Positions 1 to 10,528 are shown, counted from the stretch's first letter. The stretch is 64,000 bases of DNA from Abditibacterium sp. (GCA_965246885.1 OZ251992.1:2496001-2560000); one strand, 5' to 3'. Numbers and translations: made by a program. Notes: generated from the letters alone by a model not told the origin.

Positions 1-60
1 CATTGAATCTCTGAATGCCGGAAGCGGTTCTCATTGAGAGCGCATCATTGGGATGGGAAT

Positions 61-207
61 GTCAATCCCCATCAAGTGGACGCGGCCCTCTTCGCCTTTT
101 CGTCGCCCCTTTCCAAAGGCGCGCTGCTCGCCGACGAAGTGGAACGGGGCAAAACCATCGAGGCGGGGTTGGTCATCGCCCAAAACAGGGAGTTGTCCAG
201 AAGGTAG
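61..207 (+). pseudogene. SNF2-family helicase N-terminal remnant
   Basis: Frame from 61 reads VNPHQVDAALFAFSSPLSKGALLADEVERGKTIEAGLVIAQ, matching the SNF2 'PHQ...LLADEVGLGKTIEAGL' Q motif and Walker A. Walker A is degenerate (GLG to ERG) and a TAG follows at 205-207. Confidence 0.75.
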
Positions 208-317
208 ATTTGGCCGACCGAAGGGTAGTTCGCCGCGCACCAGTAAGCGTTCATCAGGCGCAGTTCTTCGGCGCCAAGCGGCAGGTTCTCTTCGGTTTGG
301 GAAGTGGGATTGGGCAT
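184..317 (-). pseudogene. xfp: Phosphoketolase (XFP) N-terminal remnant
   Basis: [44 protein letters not shown] matches the XFP N-terminal motif '[22 protein letters not shown]'. Similarity ends near 184. Confidence 0.8.
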
Positions 318-452
318 GATCGGCCTCGCGCTCGGCGCGCAAACTCTGCTTTTCTGGGCGTTTCCGATGGGCTGGACGGGTTCTTTGTACGGCCCGTCAA
401 GCATTACAGCGCACTGTACGCCGGAACACAGATTGCCCTCACACCCGCCGAA

Positions 453-1490
453 ATGCAACTCGCAACACGCGGGGCGGCGGCCACGCCCCAATTACAAGAC
501 ACGGTGCGCGCGCTACTGGCGCCGGGGAAGGGACTACTTGCCGCCGATGAAAGCCAGCCCACCATCGAGAAGCGGTTTGGGGCGCTGGGCATCGCCTCGA
601 CGCCCGCCACGCGCCGCGCTTACCGCGAACTGTTGTTCACGACGCCCGACGCCCCGTTGTTTCTAAGCGGCGTCATCCTTTTTGATGAAACGCTGCGCGA
701 CACCGCGTCCGACGGCACGCCCTTTCCGCTTCTGCTCAGTCGCCAAGGCGTCATCCCCGGCATCAAGGTGGACGCGGGCGCGCACCCGTTGCCGTTCTTT
801 CCCGGCGAGAAAGTGACCGAAGGGTTGGACGGCTTGCGCGAGCGCCTCGCGGAATATAGCGTTTTGGGCGCGCGTTTCGCCAAGTGGCGCGCGGTCATCA
901 CCATCGGCGACGGCATCCCCACGCCCACCTGTTTGGAAGTCAACGCCCATGCTCTCGCGCGCTACGCCGCCCTGTGCCAAGAAGCCGACATCGTGCCCAT
1001 CGTGGAGCCGGAAGTGTTGATGGACGGCGACCACACGGTCGAGCGCTGCGAAGAAGTCACCGAAGCGGTGCTCCGCGCTACGTTCGCCGCGCTCAGCGCG
1101 CAGGGCGTGTTGCTCGAAGGGATGTTGCTCAAGCCCAACATGGTGCTCCCCGGCCACGACGCGACGGGAACCACGAGCGTCGAAGAAGTCGCCCGCCACA
1201 CTATTCGCACCCTCAAGCGCGCCGTGCCTGCCGCCGTGCCGGGCATCGTGTTCCTCTCAGGCGGCCAAAACGACCGCGACGCAACCGCGCGCTTAAACGC
1301 TATGAACTCGTTGGGAGAAACGCTGCCTTGGCAAGTGTCCTTTTCCTTCGCCCGCGCCCTGCAAGACGGCGCAATGCAAACATGGGGCGGCAAAGCGGAG
1401 AACATTGGGGCGGCGCAAGCGGTCTTCGCCCATCGGTTGCGCCTCAACAGCGCCGCGCGTGCCGCTCAATACGCCGCTTCTATGGAATAA
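453..1490 (+). CDS. fba: Class I fructose-bisphosphate aldolase
   Basis: Motifs GKGLLAADES, GIKVD, FAKWRAV, VPIVEPEVLMDG, LLKPNMV (Schiff-base Lys), FLSGGQ and FSFARALQ. ATG 453 preferred over the ORF-track start at 15. Confidence 0.95.
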   Translation: MQLATRGAAATPQLQDTVRALLAPGKGLLAADESQPTIEKRFGALGIASTPATRRAYRELLFTTPDAPLFLSGVILFDETLRDTASDGTPFPLLLSRQGVIPGIKVDAGAHPLPFFPGEKVTEGLDGLRERLAEYSVLGARFAKWRAVITIGDGIPTPTCLEVNAHALARYAALCQEADIVPIVEPEVLMDGDHTVERCEEVTEAVLRATFAALSAQGVLLEGMLLKPNMVLPGHDATGTTSVEEVARHTIRTLKRAVPAAVPGIVFLSGGQNDRDATARLNAMNSLGETLPWQVSFSFARALQDGAMQTWGGKAENIGAAQAVFAHRLRLNSAARAAQYAASME

Positions 1491-1558
1491 GGGTGCTCTT
1501 CCCTTTTATGCAGACTCTCAGCGAATTGGCGGGTAAAACCAGACACATAACCGACTTC

Positions 1559-4500
1559 TCACAGCGGCAAATGTTCGGCATAAACCAGACGTTGCGCGGT
1601 TTTGTCGGTCATAGTGGGCCAGATTTCGTATTCGCGGATGGCGATGCGCAGTTGATTGGTCGGCACGCCGGGCGGCAGGGGCACGCTCGCGCTCCACGTA
1701 GTGTTGGTGCCTGCTGGTGCCCCCGTCGCGGCGACTGAAGCGCCTGTGGACGCCCACGCCAACTCGTCGCCTTGATTCCCCTGTTCCAAGCCGATAAAGA
1801 CGGCCACGTTCCCAACAGAAGGGCCGGAGACTGTCACGCCCACGCTTCCTCCCGCTTTGACGACGCTCGCCGCGCGCGTGGGCGTGATTTGCGCAAAGTC
1901 CGCCAGCACGACGCGCGACAACTCTACCCCCGGAATCGCGTGCGGCTGATAGCGCGCCAGCGCCAAGCGCACGAACGGGAAATAGGCATCTTGGGGCAGG
2001 GACACGTGGATGTCGCAGAACCACATGTTGCGGTCGGGGTCGAAGTGGACATCGTGCGGCGCGATGTTCACCTGTATAGCGGCTTCATCGAGCGACAAAC
2101 GAGTTGTGTTGCCGGAAACGTCCACGCGGCGCAACGGAAAGTGCCCCGGCAGAAAAAAGGGCTGCGTTTCCGGCGGGGGCATAATGGCGGTGATGGTCGG
2201 CGTGGTTCTGCCCGTCCATAACGGGTCGCGGCCCCACTGCGAGATGTACTGTTCGCGCAAGCCGTCTTTATCTGCATCGTCCGCACTTGGCAACACGACG
2301 GCGAGCATTTCGCCGTCTCCCGACGACCACCAAGGGCGTTGCAGATACACGCGCAAGCCGCCACTACGCTTGGACGCGCCCGCGCCGCGCTCCCAGCCAA
2401 AAGTGGGGAGAATGGAATGGACTTTGGGCGCTTCGGGCCGGGCCGAGGCGGAAATGTCGAGGGTGACGGCCTTGCGCTCCGCGCCGTCGCCGCGCGTGGA
2501 CGGGGCTTCCTCGACCGTGCCATCAGCGCGCGTAGTCAAGAAATACTCGCGGAAGCGCGAGGTGGCGACGGCGTGATACTCGACTCGGTGATAGCGGGTA
2601 TCGCCGAACTCGTGGCGCGGCGTCCGCAAGATGGCTCGGATGCGCGGCGTGATTTGAAAGGTGAGTTCGCGCTTGACCGGCGAGTATTCGCCCGCCGCGA
2701 TACGGTTGGGATCGCCGTTTTGGGGCGCGTGGTCGGAGGCGTAGGCGATGAGGGTGCGGTCGGCCTTGGCGAGCGGGGCGTCGTTGAAGCACTCGGTCGG
2801 GTCTTCGAGCGGCAGGAAGTGGAGCGGGAACTCCCACGCCCGCGCGTTTTTCTTCAGGCGGTCTTTGTCCGGTTGGGCCGTCGAATCGTCGTCTATCGGG
2901 TCGCTCCACGTGGCCACGACATCCACCTTGCCGGACGTTTTCGCGTCGCAGTGCAGCACGCCGTTGAAGTCGCAACCCGTGTCTCCGATGCCGCGAGACG
3001 GCCTCAAAGCGGCAAAAGTCGGCGCGACGAGCGGCTTTTGCACGGCGTGCACAAGCGTTATCTCGCGCCCCGGCGACAGCATCTCGTGCAAACCGTTGGC
3101 ACACAACGCTTCGAGGAACGCGGCGCCTGCTTTCTTGTCGGGCGAATCGGGAAGCGCGGCGAGGGCATCTTCGAGCCAGTGCCACACGCCCAGCAGGTCG
3201 AGGTCGTCGGGCGCGAACGCGCTGGACACGCGCAATCGTGCCGTTTGGCCGGGTGACAGCGCGACCACCAGCCGGTTCTGGGCGCCTTGGAGCGCGACGC
3301 GGGGCGCCTGACCATCCGGCACCCACGCCAAACTCAGCAGGAATGGGCGCGCGTTGGCCACATCTCCGTCGCTTTGAAAGGGCACGCTCAGCCAAGGCTT
3401 TTCTTTGGCGACGGCGCCCGCGAACAGCAGCACCGGGCCAATGAGCGTCGCGCTGCGCGCCAACGGGTCGCTCAGATAGGGCAGTCCCGGCTCGGACGCG
3501 GGCAAAATGGCGGGGAATTTGGCGCTGAGGCGGGCGATGAGCGGCGCTTTGGCGGGGTCGGGCTTGCCACCCGTGTCGAAAGTGCCGTGCGCTTTGGCGA
3601 CCGTGTAATCGGCGCGCGGCGGCGCGACATGGCGGTCGCTGGGCTGAGTGGGTAGCGCCTTGTCGTCGCTGCGTATGACCAGACGTTCAGGAGACTCGCC
3701 CGCAGTCGCGGCGTGGCGCGGCAGGAGAACCGGCGCGCTGACTGGCTCGTAGCGCGCGTAGAACCCTTGGCTCGCGGGGGTGAACTCGCCGCCCGCTTCG
3801 CTCGCGGGCTGGCTGTTGCCAGCTAAGTCTACGGCGCGCAAGCGGAATTGGTAGGTGTGTCCGTAGCGAAGTGGCAAGAGGGTGCCATCGAGGGCAAAGT
3901 CGGCTTCGAGCGCCCAACCGGGCGGGAAAGCGGGAAGCGGCGTTTTTAGTCCCGGTTGCCCCGTCGCATCGGGCGAATTGAGGCCGGGCGGTTGCGGCGG
4001 CGCGGCGACGACCAAACTCCAATCGTTCCAACGAAAAATCGCTTCGTGCAAGCCGAGCGCAGGCTTGCCGTCCAGCGTCTTGGAAGCAAAGGCGGGGGCC
4101 ACCCAGCCTTCGTCGGCGGTTTGAAACGAAACGCCGCCGATGGTATAACTTCCCCGCCGCTTGCATAGCGAACTCCAAGGGCCGCCCGCCACCAGTCGGC
4201 CTTGTAGCTGCCGCCGGAGTTGCAAACGCGGGGCGGTGGCTCCCGGCGCAAAGCGCGGTTGGAGTTCCACTGGCATGCGCGGCAAAGCGGCCACTCCGCC
4301 CGCTTCCGGCGGGGCAACGGCGCTGTGCCGCAAAAAACCGGGCATTTGACGCGGTAGTTGCGTCGCCGGAGGCGGCTTCAAACCGGGAACCAAGACGGGC
4401 AGGCGGGCTTGCAGTTGGGGCGGGGCTTCGCGCACGTCCACGCGATAGCCTTGCACGAGGTCATCGGCGAACAGCGTCGGCGGGGTCGGCGAAGCGACGT

Positions 4501-5635
4501 TTTTGCCGCTCTCGTCGAGGGCCTGTGCCATCACCGCGCCGCGATTGACGCGACACACCGCCATGCCCGCGCCCCGTAGCGAGGGCGTCGTCGCCACCGG
4601 GGGCGTATCAGGGGCGACGTGCGTCGTCGCTTGCACGCAATTGCGCAAGAACGCTTCGATTTTGAAAACACCGCTTTCGGCATCGAGCGACAGCACGTCG
4701 AACCACGCCTGCGACACGCGCAAGAACCCGCTTGGAGTCAGGTCGGGCGCGGCGGGCGAGCCTTCTTGCGTCAGCACGTCGCGCGGTTTGGCGCGAAAGC
4801 CCGCCGCCAGCATCGTGCGCGGCGACAGGGTTTGGGGCGGCAGGGCGAATTTGCCGGACAGTTCAACCCACGCCGAGGTGCCCTCAGGAGGCGTGGCGGA
4901 AAGGGGCGCCTCGAAGTCGAGCACCAGACCAAAGGCCCGCAAAAGCGCCGGATATTCGCCAAGCAGCGATATTTTGGCGTGAAAGTCGGGCGCGTCGCCG
5001 CTCAAGAGCAGTTCGGGGTGAGCGGGCCGCGAGGCTTTGGGGTGCGTCGCGGGCAACTGTTGAAAGTTGCCCAAAAACAAGCGCAAAAGCGCCATGTCAC
5101 TCGCCACATCGGGTTGCCGTATGCCCGCGAGCGGAGCGCGCAGCGGGTTGTCGAAGCGCGCTTTGGCCCGTCCCAACACCGCGCGGTCGGACGACAAACC
5201 AAGCGCCTGCGCCACTTGCGCACCTTGTATGCGCGACACCGTCCCCAACCCGTATATGCCCGCGACGCTGTATATCCCTTGCAGGCTTTTGGCGAGGTTT
5301 GAGACCGGATACGACAAAATCGGCAGATGGTCGAAACGCTCAGCCACCCCGCTTTCTACAACGGTGGACGGCGGGAACAGCGTCTTCCACGCTTGCAACG
5401 ACTGGGCGGGCGCGGGCAAGTCGGGCGAGGGCGCGACGCGCTTGGCCGCTACTGCTTGCCCACCGACGTGCAGCGTGCAACTCAAACCCGCCGCCACTTG
5501 CGGCCACGCCAGCCAATCGGGGAACTTGCCCAAAGTCCCCGCGCCGCCCAAACGCGGCGTCACGAATACCGAATAGCGCGCGACGCCCGCTTCAAACCCG
5601 GTCGGCAACAGCGTCCCTTGAAGTTGATGAGTCAT
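1559..5635 (-). CDS. Large uncharacterised protein (about 1358 aa), partner of the upstream giant gene
   Basis: Uninterrupted ORF with protein-like motifs (YQFRLRAVDLAGNS, an FN3/Ig-like strand; HEFGDTRYHRVEY; GGLRVYLQRPWWSSGDGE; FPFVRLALARYQP). ATG 5635 (MTHQL) is the likely start. No obvious signal peptide. Confidence 0.85.
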   Translation of the reverse strand: MTHQLQGTLLPTGFEAGVARYSVFVTPRLGGAGTLGKFPDWLAWPQVAAGLSCTLHVGGQAVAAKRVAPSPDLPAPAQSLQAWKTLFPPSTVVESGVAERFDHLPILSYPVSNLAKSLQGIYSVAGIYGLGTVSRIQGAQVAQALGLSSDRAVLGRAKARFDNPLRAPLAGIRQPDVASDMALLRLFLGNFQQLPATHPKASRPAHPELLLSGDAPDFHAKISLLGEYPALLRAFGLVLDFEAPLSATPPEGTSAWVELSGKFALPPQTLSPRTMLAAGFRAKPRDVLTQEGSPAAPDLTPSGFLRVSQAWFDVLSLDAESGVFKIEAFLRNCVQATTHVAPDTPPVATTPSLRGAGMAVCRVNRGAVMAQALDESGKNVASPTPPTLFADDLVQGYRVDVREAPPQLQARLPVLVPGLKPPPATQLPRQMPGFLRHSAVAPPEAGGVAALPRMPVELQPRFAPGATAPRLQLRRQLQGRLVAGGPWSSLCKRRGSYTIGGVSFQTADEGWVAPAFASKTLDGKPALGLHEAIFRWNDWSLVVAAPPQPPGLNSPDATGQPGLKTPLPAFPPGWALEADFALDGTLLPLRYGHTYQFRLRAVDLAGNSQPASEAGGEFTPASQGFYARYEPVSAPVLLPRHAATAGESPERLVIRSDDKALPTQPSDRHVAPPRADYTVAKAHGTFDTGGKPDPAKAPLIARLSAKFPAILPASEPGLPYLSDPLARSATLIGPVLLFAGAVAKEKPWLSVPFQSDGDVANARPFLLSLAWVPDGQAPRVALQGAQNRLVVALSPGQTARLRVSSAFAPDDLDLLGVWHWLEDALAALPDSPDKKAGAAFLEALCANGLHEMLSPGREITLVHAVQKPLVAPTFAALRPSRGIGDTGCDFNGVLHCDAKTSGKVDVVATWSDPIDDDSTAQPDKDRLKKNARAWEFPLHFLPLEDPTECFNDAPLAKADRTLIAYASDHAPQNGDPNRIAAGEYSPVKRELTFQITPRIRAILRTPRHEFGDTRYHRVEYHAVATSRFREYFLTTRADGTVEEAPSTRGDGAERKAVTLDISASARPEAPKVHSILPTFGWERGAGASKRSGGLRVYLQRPWWSSGDGEMLAVVLPSADDADKDGLREQYISQWGRDPLWTGRTTPTITAIMPPPETQPFFLPGHFPLRRVDVSGNTTRLSLDEAAIQVNIAPHDVHFDPDRNMWFCDIHVSLPQDAYFPFVRLALARYQPHAIPGVELSRVVLADFAQITPTRAASVVKAGGSVGVTVSGPSVGNVAVFIGLEQGNQGDELAWASTGASVAATGAPAGTNTTWSASVPLPPGVPTNQLRIAIREYEIWPTMTDKTAQRLVYAEHLPL

Positions 5636-5729
5636 AGTGTTAAATATTAAGTCCGATGCGGGCGGCGCCCTACCCCACCCAGTTGAAACCGTCATTCACT
5701 CCGGCGACGCGGGCAGCGGGTTAATTCCT

Positions 5730-5845
5730 CGAAGAATTAGCTCGCTGCTCCGGAGAATTAGCTCGCTGCTCCGAGGATTTAACCCGCTCTTCAGAAGATT
5801 TAACCCGCTGCTCCCAAGAATTAGCTCGTTGCTCCGAAGAATTAA
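5730..5845. repeat. 21-bp tandem repeat, about 5.5 units (CGAAGAATTAGCTCGCTGCTC-like)
   Basis: Units start at 5730, 5751, 5772, 5793, 5814 and 5835, directly after the stop of the 1560-aa gene. Confidence 0.9.
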
Positions 5846-8800
5846 TTAGGCGTAAGCGGCACATACCTGCGCCCAATGGTCGTGCGTGGCGGCCAGATGC
5901 AGCGCGTGGTGCGCGTGCAACTCGTCGGGTGCGGGCAGTTCGGCGACGATGGCATCGGCGCCTTTTTTGATGGTGGCGGGCGCCTCGAACTCCTTGTGCG
6001 CCGAGAAGCTGACGCTTTTGGAAAAGAACGCGATGGAAACCTTGACCGACATTTCCACGCTGCCCGTCACCATGTTGCTGCCGGAATCATACGAGAGTTG
6101 CATCAGCATCTCCAAGGAGATGGACACCAAACCCAAGACCGAAAACGAACCGCCCGCGCGCACATAGCCCGCCAAAACGATGGCGTGTTCGGCTTGGCGT
6201 AGCTCGAAATAGATGCCCGCCATGATGTAGACGGCGCCCTTGGCGACGCCGAAGTTGAGGCGGATGCTGCCGCCCACTTCAAAGGAAGCCTCGAACTCTT
6301 CGACGCCATCGGTACCCAGAGCGAGGGCGCAAAAACCGCCGCCGGTGAGGAGGGTGCACATGACCGCCATCGGGTCTTGGCGGGAGCAGAAGTTGAAGCG
6401 CAGACGGGCGGGTTGCGCCGAAAAGGGAATCGTGAGGCCCGCGCCAAATTTCAGGTTGGCAAAGCCCCACGCGCCCGCCGTGATGTCGGGAATGGCGAGG
6501 TCGTAGCCCACAGTGACGCCCATCGGCGAGATGTCGAGGCTGGGCGGGTCGGATAAACGGTCGGCGGGAATGATGTCGGCGAGGGTCTGAATGAACGAGA
6601 GCGGCCCGCCAAAAGCGACCGGGTTGTCCGTCAGTTTGCAGTTCACGTCGAGCTTTTTGCCGCTTTGCGCGATGAACTCCAACAGATTGAAGCTGACGAC
6701 CACGAACCCGAAGAAGTCGAAATCGAAGTTGGAAAGGGAGCCGGTTATCTTGGTGGTCGCCCCGGTTGGCTTGACCACCAGTTCACCGGCCACGATCAAT
6801 TGGGCGCCCGCGCGCGGCTTGAAAGCGAGCGCCTCGACCAGTTCGTTGGTTTGCCAATTGATGCGCGTGCGCACCTCGCGCGGGATGGCGTTTTCCAAGT
6901 TCGCCGCTTGAGCGGTGGCGTCCTGAACCGTTTCGGTGATCATCTTGGGCGCGTTGCCCAAATCCAAACCGGCGGCTTTGAGGACATCGCCCAACTTGAT
7001 GCCGCCCAGCAAGCGCGCTTCGTCCAACACGGCCCCGAAGTAGTCGGACGGATGGAACACGCCTCCGGCGATTTTTTGCAGGTCGCCCCCGACCGGCCCC
7101 AGTTTGCGCGACAAACCGCTCATGCCCAAGGCGGGTTGCACCAAGCCGCCCGCCGATTGCGCGCCCAACTTCACGACCTGAGTCGCGGCGCTCAGCGCGT
7201 TCGCGTTGCCCTCGACCAATTCCAGCACGACTTCGCCCGCGTTGCCCGCGCCAAATCCCTGCTGAACAAAGGTTTGGGCATGCCGCACGCGCGCCGGGCG
7301 CTTGTCGCCGGTGAGGTTTTGCAGGGCGGGCACGTTCACGTCGGACACGAGGACAACCGGCGAGAACGGCGCTTCGCGCGACGGGTCGGCAGTTTTGGGG
7401 AGGGCGCCAAAAGTGATGGTTTGCGCGGCGAAGGTCGTGTCGCCGGGAACGTTGGGCGCGGCCAAAGCGACCTTTTGCCCGCCCAAGTCGGCGCGCGCTT
7501 CGGGGTGGGCGGCCCAGCGCAGCATCAAGGTATGGATGCTTAAGGCGTTGTCGGCGGACAATTGGATGGGGCCGTCAAGATTGGCACTCGGCCCGCCGCT
7601 GCGCTCCATCCAGATGAGGGGCATCGCCCACTCCGCTTTTTGCCCCGCGTCATCGAAGCCGATGAGGTGAAACGCGAAGGGGGTTGTTTGGCCAATGGGC
7701 GTCAGAATCGCTTGGGCGGGGTCTAAATCCGGGGTAGTGGAGGTCGTGATGCGCACCGTGTTGAAGGGCATCTGGCGCCCCAAGTTGTCCGGCAGGCCGC
7801 CGCCGCGATAGGTTTTCTCCGGCTGGCGCACGATGACGTATTGGCGTTGCCGCAAGACCGCGACCTGCCGGTTGTTGATCGTCTCGAACTTGCGCTCGGT
7901 TATCTTCACGAGCGCGGCGGGATGCCCGAACGGAAACAGGAACCCCTCGCGCACGGTGCGGACATAGAAGTCGCGGCCCAAGTTCGCGCGGTGCTGCCAC
8001 TCGGACAGCGACTGGCGCGGCGGAAGTTCGTTCGGGTTCCAGCCCGCGCCTTGGGTGCGGCCTTTGAGCGTGCCGCCCAGAGCGGTCAGGAAAAGCGCCT
8101 CGGCCTCGAACCAGCGATTGGGCGCGGTCATTAGCTCGACTAACTGCGTCCTGTCTTGAAGCGTAAGCGAAGTTGGAAAGGGCACTTCAATGGGCGAAGC
8201 GGCGACCGCACGCAGGAGGCGCGTTTGCCCGAAAAGCCGGAACTCCAACGAGGGCGGCGTTTTCCCGATGCGGATCGGCGCCCCCCCGACCGGGTGAACC
8301 CCTTCCAAGATGCGGTCGCGCAGATCTTTGTGCGCGCCGTGTGGCCGTATTTGCGGAAAAGCGCGGGTTTGCGGGACGGCGGCGCCCGATGTCGCCGCCG
8401 GAGAAGCGAAGTCGTCGGCGAGCCGGGTGTGCCATAGCTCGGTGCGGCCCGCGAAGGTTTTGGGGACGGCGCTATGGTTCCACTGGCGGGCGCCAAAGGG
8501 CGCGAGGGTGAGTCCGCAGGGGATTTCGAGGGCAGTCGCGGGATCGGCGTCGCTCGAAGCGCCGGGTTTGGAGACAAGTTCCCAACGATCCCAGTCGAGC
8601 AGGCTTTCGAGCGTGTAGGACACCTTGGCTACGTCGGCAGGCAAACGAAAAACCAGTTGCGACGGGCCGGACAAGCACCGTTTCGCGGGGAAGAGGGGGG
8701 TCTTGTCGGCAAACCACGCTTCTTCGGCGACGCTTTGCGGCGGAAACTCGACGATGACGGTTGCCACTCCCGGCGCTTTGCGCGTAAGAGCGCCGTTTTG

Positions 8801-10528
8801 CAACTGCAAGTTGCGGAAGCGGAACTTGAGAACCAGTAGGTCATCGGGGCGGACGACCGTCACTTGCGGTTCTGAAACGTTGACGATGCCGCCGAAGATG
8901 CCCGGATCAATAACTATCACCGGCGGGTGGCCGTTAGAGGCGATGATGGGCGGGCGACCATTGGGCTTGATCGGCGTGATAACAATCGGGTTAGGCGGCA
9001 CCCTTTCGATGGGGGCGCGCCGCTTCAGGATGTCGCCAAGGTTGGGAAGCGGGCGGCGCGTTGGGCTAACGGGTGCGGTGGGCGTGGGGGTGGGCGCAGA
9101 TGTCGGCGTGGGCGTGGGTGCTGGCTCTTTCAAGGGCGGAATCCGAACGCGCGGCGGGATGCGCACAATTGGGCGGTTCTGCAAGGGCACCTCATCCAAG
9201 GGCGTCGCGTGCCCATCAAGGCGGGCGACGACGGTGGACGCAAGCAAAAGAGGAGGCGCGAAGTGGGCGCGGGCGCCGTCGGGAACGTGTAACTGCGTCG
9301 AGAGGGCGCCTTGCCCCTGCGTTTCGGGTAAGGCGCCGGACGCTTCCCCGATGAAAGGTTCGCACTGCCAATGATGGAGGCGGTGCCCGCGCGTGCTCAT
9401 CTTGAAGTCGTTCCCGCTCACGCTCACGCGCCAATGCTCGGCGCTCGTTGCCCTTTCGCTCGCCGCTCGCACGTCTTTGGGGCCGAGTTCGGCTTCTCCG
9501 ATGCGGGCAACGAGGGCTCGCTCTGTTTCTCCGTCATCGCTACCCGCCCAACGCGCGCCCAGAAGCGGCAACGTCCAAGCCCCGCCATTGGCCGCGTTCA
9601 ACGCACGCAAATGGAGCGCGGCTTGAGAACTGGATTGGGTGCCCGCGCCCATCCACGCGAGCGTAGTATGGGCGCAGTCTTCGCCCGCTTCCATAACCCA
9701 AGTATCGAACGGCTCGCCCCGCGCTTCAAGGACGGACAAATCGCGCAGCCATGCTGTTGCGGGCCAAGCGTGGCCTTTGCGCTCGAAACGGAAGCGCGTG
9801 CCTTTGGGAGGCGCGTCCCGTTGCAAAGCGGGCGCGCCCGCCGTCAAGAGTTGCCACTCCCCGCACGAGGAGAAAGCGTCGGCTCCGGCGCACGTCCAGC
9901 GCGCCACGTTTTGCCCCCGCACGTGGAAGAGCCAAGAAGGGAAGAACTCCACTTCCGAGCCGCCTTGCAGATTGAGAGGCACGGCCCCGCTCAAAGCGAG
10001 GGCGTCAAAGTGCGCCGCACTTACCGCGCGAGCGCGGCCTTGCAACCACGCTTCCAACGGCACGCGCGCCGCGAAGCCAAAAGATGGGAACTTGACAAGA
10101 AGCCAGCGCACGCCCGCTTCGCGCCACGACCGCGCCTGAAAATCGGCGGGAAGCCCCGTGCCGGGAAACAGCGCGCCTTGCAGTTCCAAGTGCCACAAAC
10201 CGTTGTTTACCGAGCTAAAGAAACGCGGGCGCCCGCCAAAACGGGACGCATCTATATTCCACTCTCCCATGTCGCAACTGAGGCGCGCGCCGCCTTCAAA
10301 GCGCGACATGTGGGCGTTATTGCCGCTCAGAAGCCCACCAGCAGCGCGAGCGGGCCAAGGCACCAACAGTTGCGCACCTAACGCGCTGCTTCCCATAAGC
10401 AGCTGACGCCTCGTGGGGCGCCAAGACGACGCGGCACACGAGGCATTAAGAGGGTCAAAATGCGCATTCTTTCTACGCGCGGGGTGCGTCTCGCCTTTAA
10501 ACTCGTGCAAAAACGACAAATTAAGCAT
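5846..10528 (-). CDS. Giant (1560 aa) putative Tat-exported protein with Pro-rich linker and beta-rich C-terminus (DUF6603-like, tentative)
   Basis: TRRQLL + hydrophobic stretch + ARA near the N-terminus; PAPTPTPTSAPTPTPT linker; C-terminal amphipathic beta-strand run (FEASFEVGGSIRLNFGVAKGAVYIMAGIYF...GYVRAGGSFSVLGLVSISLEM). Exact start uncertain. Confidence 0.8.
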   Translation of the reverse strand: MLNLSFLHEFKGETHPARRKNAHFDPLNASCAASSWRPTRRQLLMGSSALGAQLLVPWPARAAGGLLSGNNAHMSRFEGGARLSCDMGEWNIDASRFGGRPRFFSSVNNGLWHLELQGALFPGTGLPADFQARSWREAGVRWLLVKFPSFGFAARVPLEAWLQGRARAVSAAHFDALALSGAVPLNLQGGSEVEFFPSWLFHVRGQNVARWTCAGADAFSSCGEWQLLTAGAPALQRDAPPKGTRFRFERKGHAWPATAWLRDLSVLEARGEPFDTWVMEAGEDCAHTTLAWMGAGTQSSSQAALHLRALNAANGGAWTLPLLGARWAGSDDGETERALVARIGEAELGPKDVRAASERATSAEHWRVSVSGNDFKMSTRGHRLHHWQCEPFIGEASGALPETQGQGALSTQLHVPDGARAHFAPPLLLASTVVARLDGHATPLDEVPLQNRPIVRIPPRVRIPPLKEPAPTPTPTSAPTPTPTAPVSPTRRPLPNLGDILKRRAPIERVPPNPIVITPIKPNGRPPIIASNGHPPVIVIDPGIFGGIVNVSEPQVTVVRPDDLLVLKFRFRNLQLQNGALTRKAPGVATVIVEFPPQSVAEEAWFADKTPLFPAKRCLSGPSQLVFRLPADVAKVSYTLESLLDWDRWELVSKPGASSDADPATALEIPCGLTLAPFGARQWNHSAVPKTFAGRTELWHTRLADDFASPAATSGAAVPQTRAFPQIRPHGAHKDLRDRILEGVHPVGGAPIRIGKTPPSLEFRLFGQTRLLRAVAASPIEVPFPTSLTLQDRTQLVELMTAPNRWFEAEALFLTALGGTLKGRTQGAGWNPNELPPRQSLSEWQHRANLGRDFYVRTVREGFLFPFGHPAALVKITERKFETINNRQVAVLRQRQYVIVRQPEKTYRGGGLPDNLGRQMPFNTVRITTSTTPDLDPAQAILTPIGQTTPFAFHLIGFDDAGQKAEWAMPLIWMERSGGPSANLDGPIQLSADNALSIHTLMLRWAAHPEARADLGGQKVALAAPNVPGDTTFAAQTITFGALPKTADPSREAPFSPVVLVSDVNVPALQNLTGDKRPARVRHAQTFVQQGFGAGNAGEVVLELVEGNANALSAATQVVKLGAQSAGGLVQPALGMSGLSRKLGPVGGDLQKIAGGVFHPSDYFGAVLDEARLLGGIKLGDVLKAAGLDLGNAPKMITETVQDATAQAANLENAIPREVRTRINWQTNELVEALAFKPRAGAQLIVAGELVVKPTGATTKITGSLSNFDFDFFGFVVVSFNLLEFIAQSGKKLDVNCKLTDNPVAFGGPLSFIQTLADIIPADRLSDPPSLDISPMGVTVGYDLAIPDITAGAWGFANLKFGAGLTIPFSAQPARLRFNFCSRQDPMAVMCTLLTGGGFCALALGTDGVEEFEASFEVGGSIRLNFGVAKGAVYIMAGIYFELRQAEHAIVLAGYVRAGGSFSVLGLVSISLEMLMQLSYDSGSNMVTGSVEMSVKVSIAFFSKSVSFSAHKEFEAPATIKKGADAIVAELPAPDELHAHHALHLAATHDHWAQVCAAYA

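Noticed and set aside
15..452. 146-aa N-terminal extension of the aldolase ORF
   Set aside because: It overlaps the SNF2 and xfp remnants; aldolase similarity starts after ATG 453.
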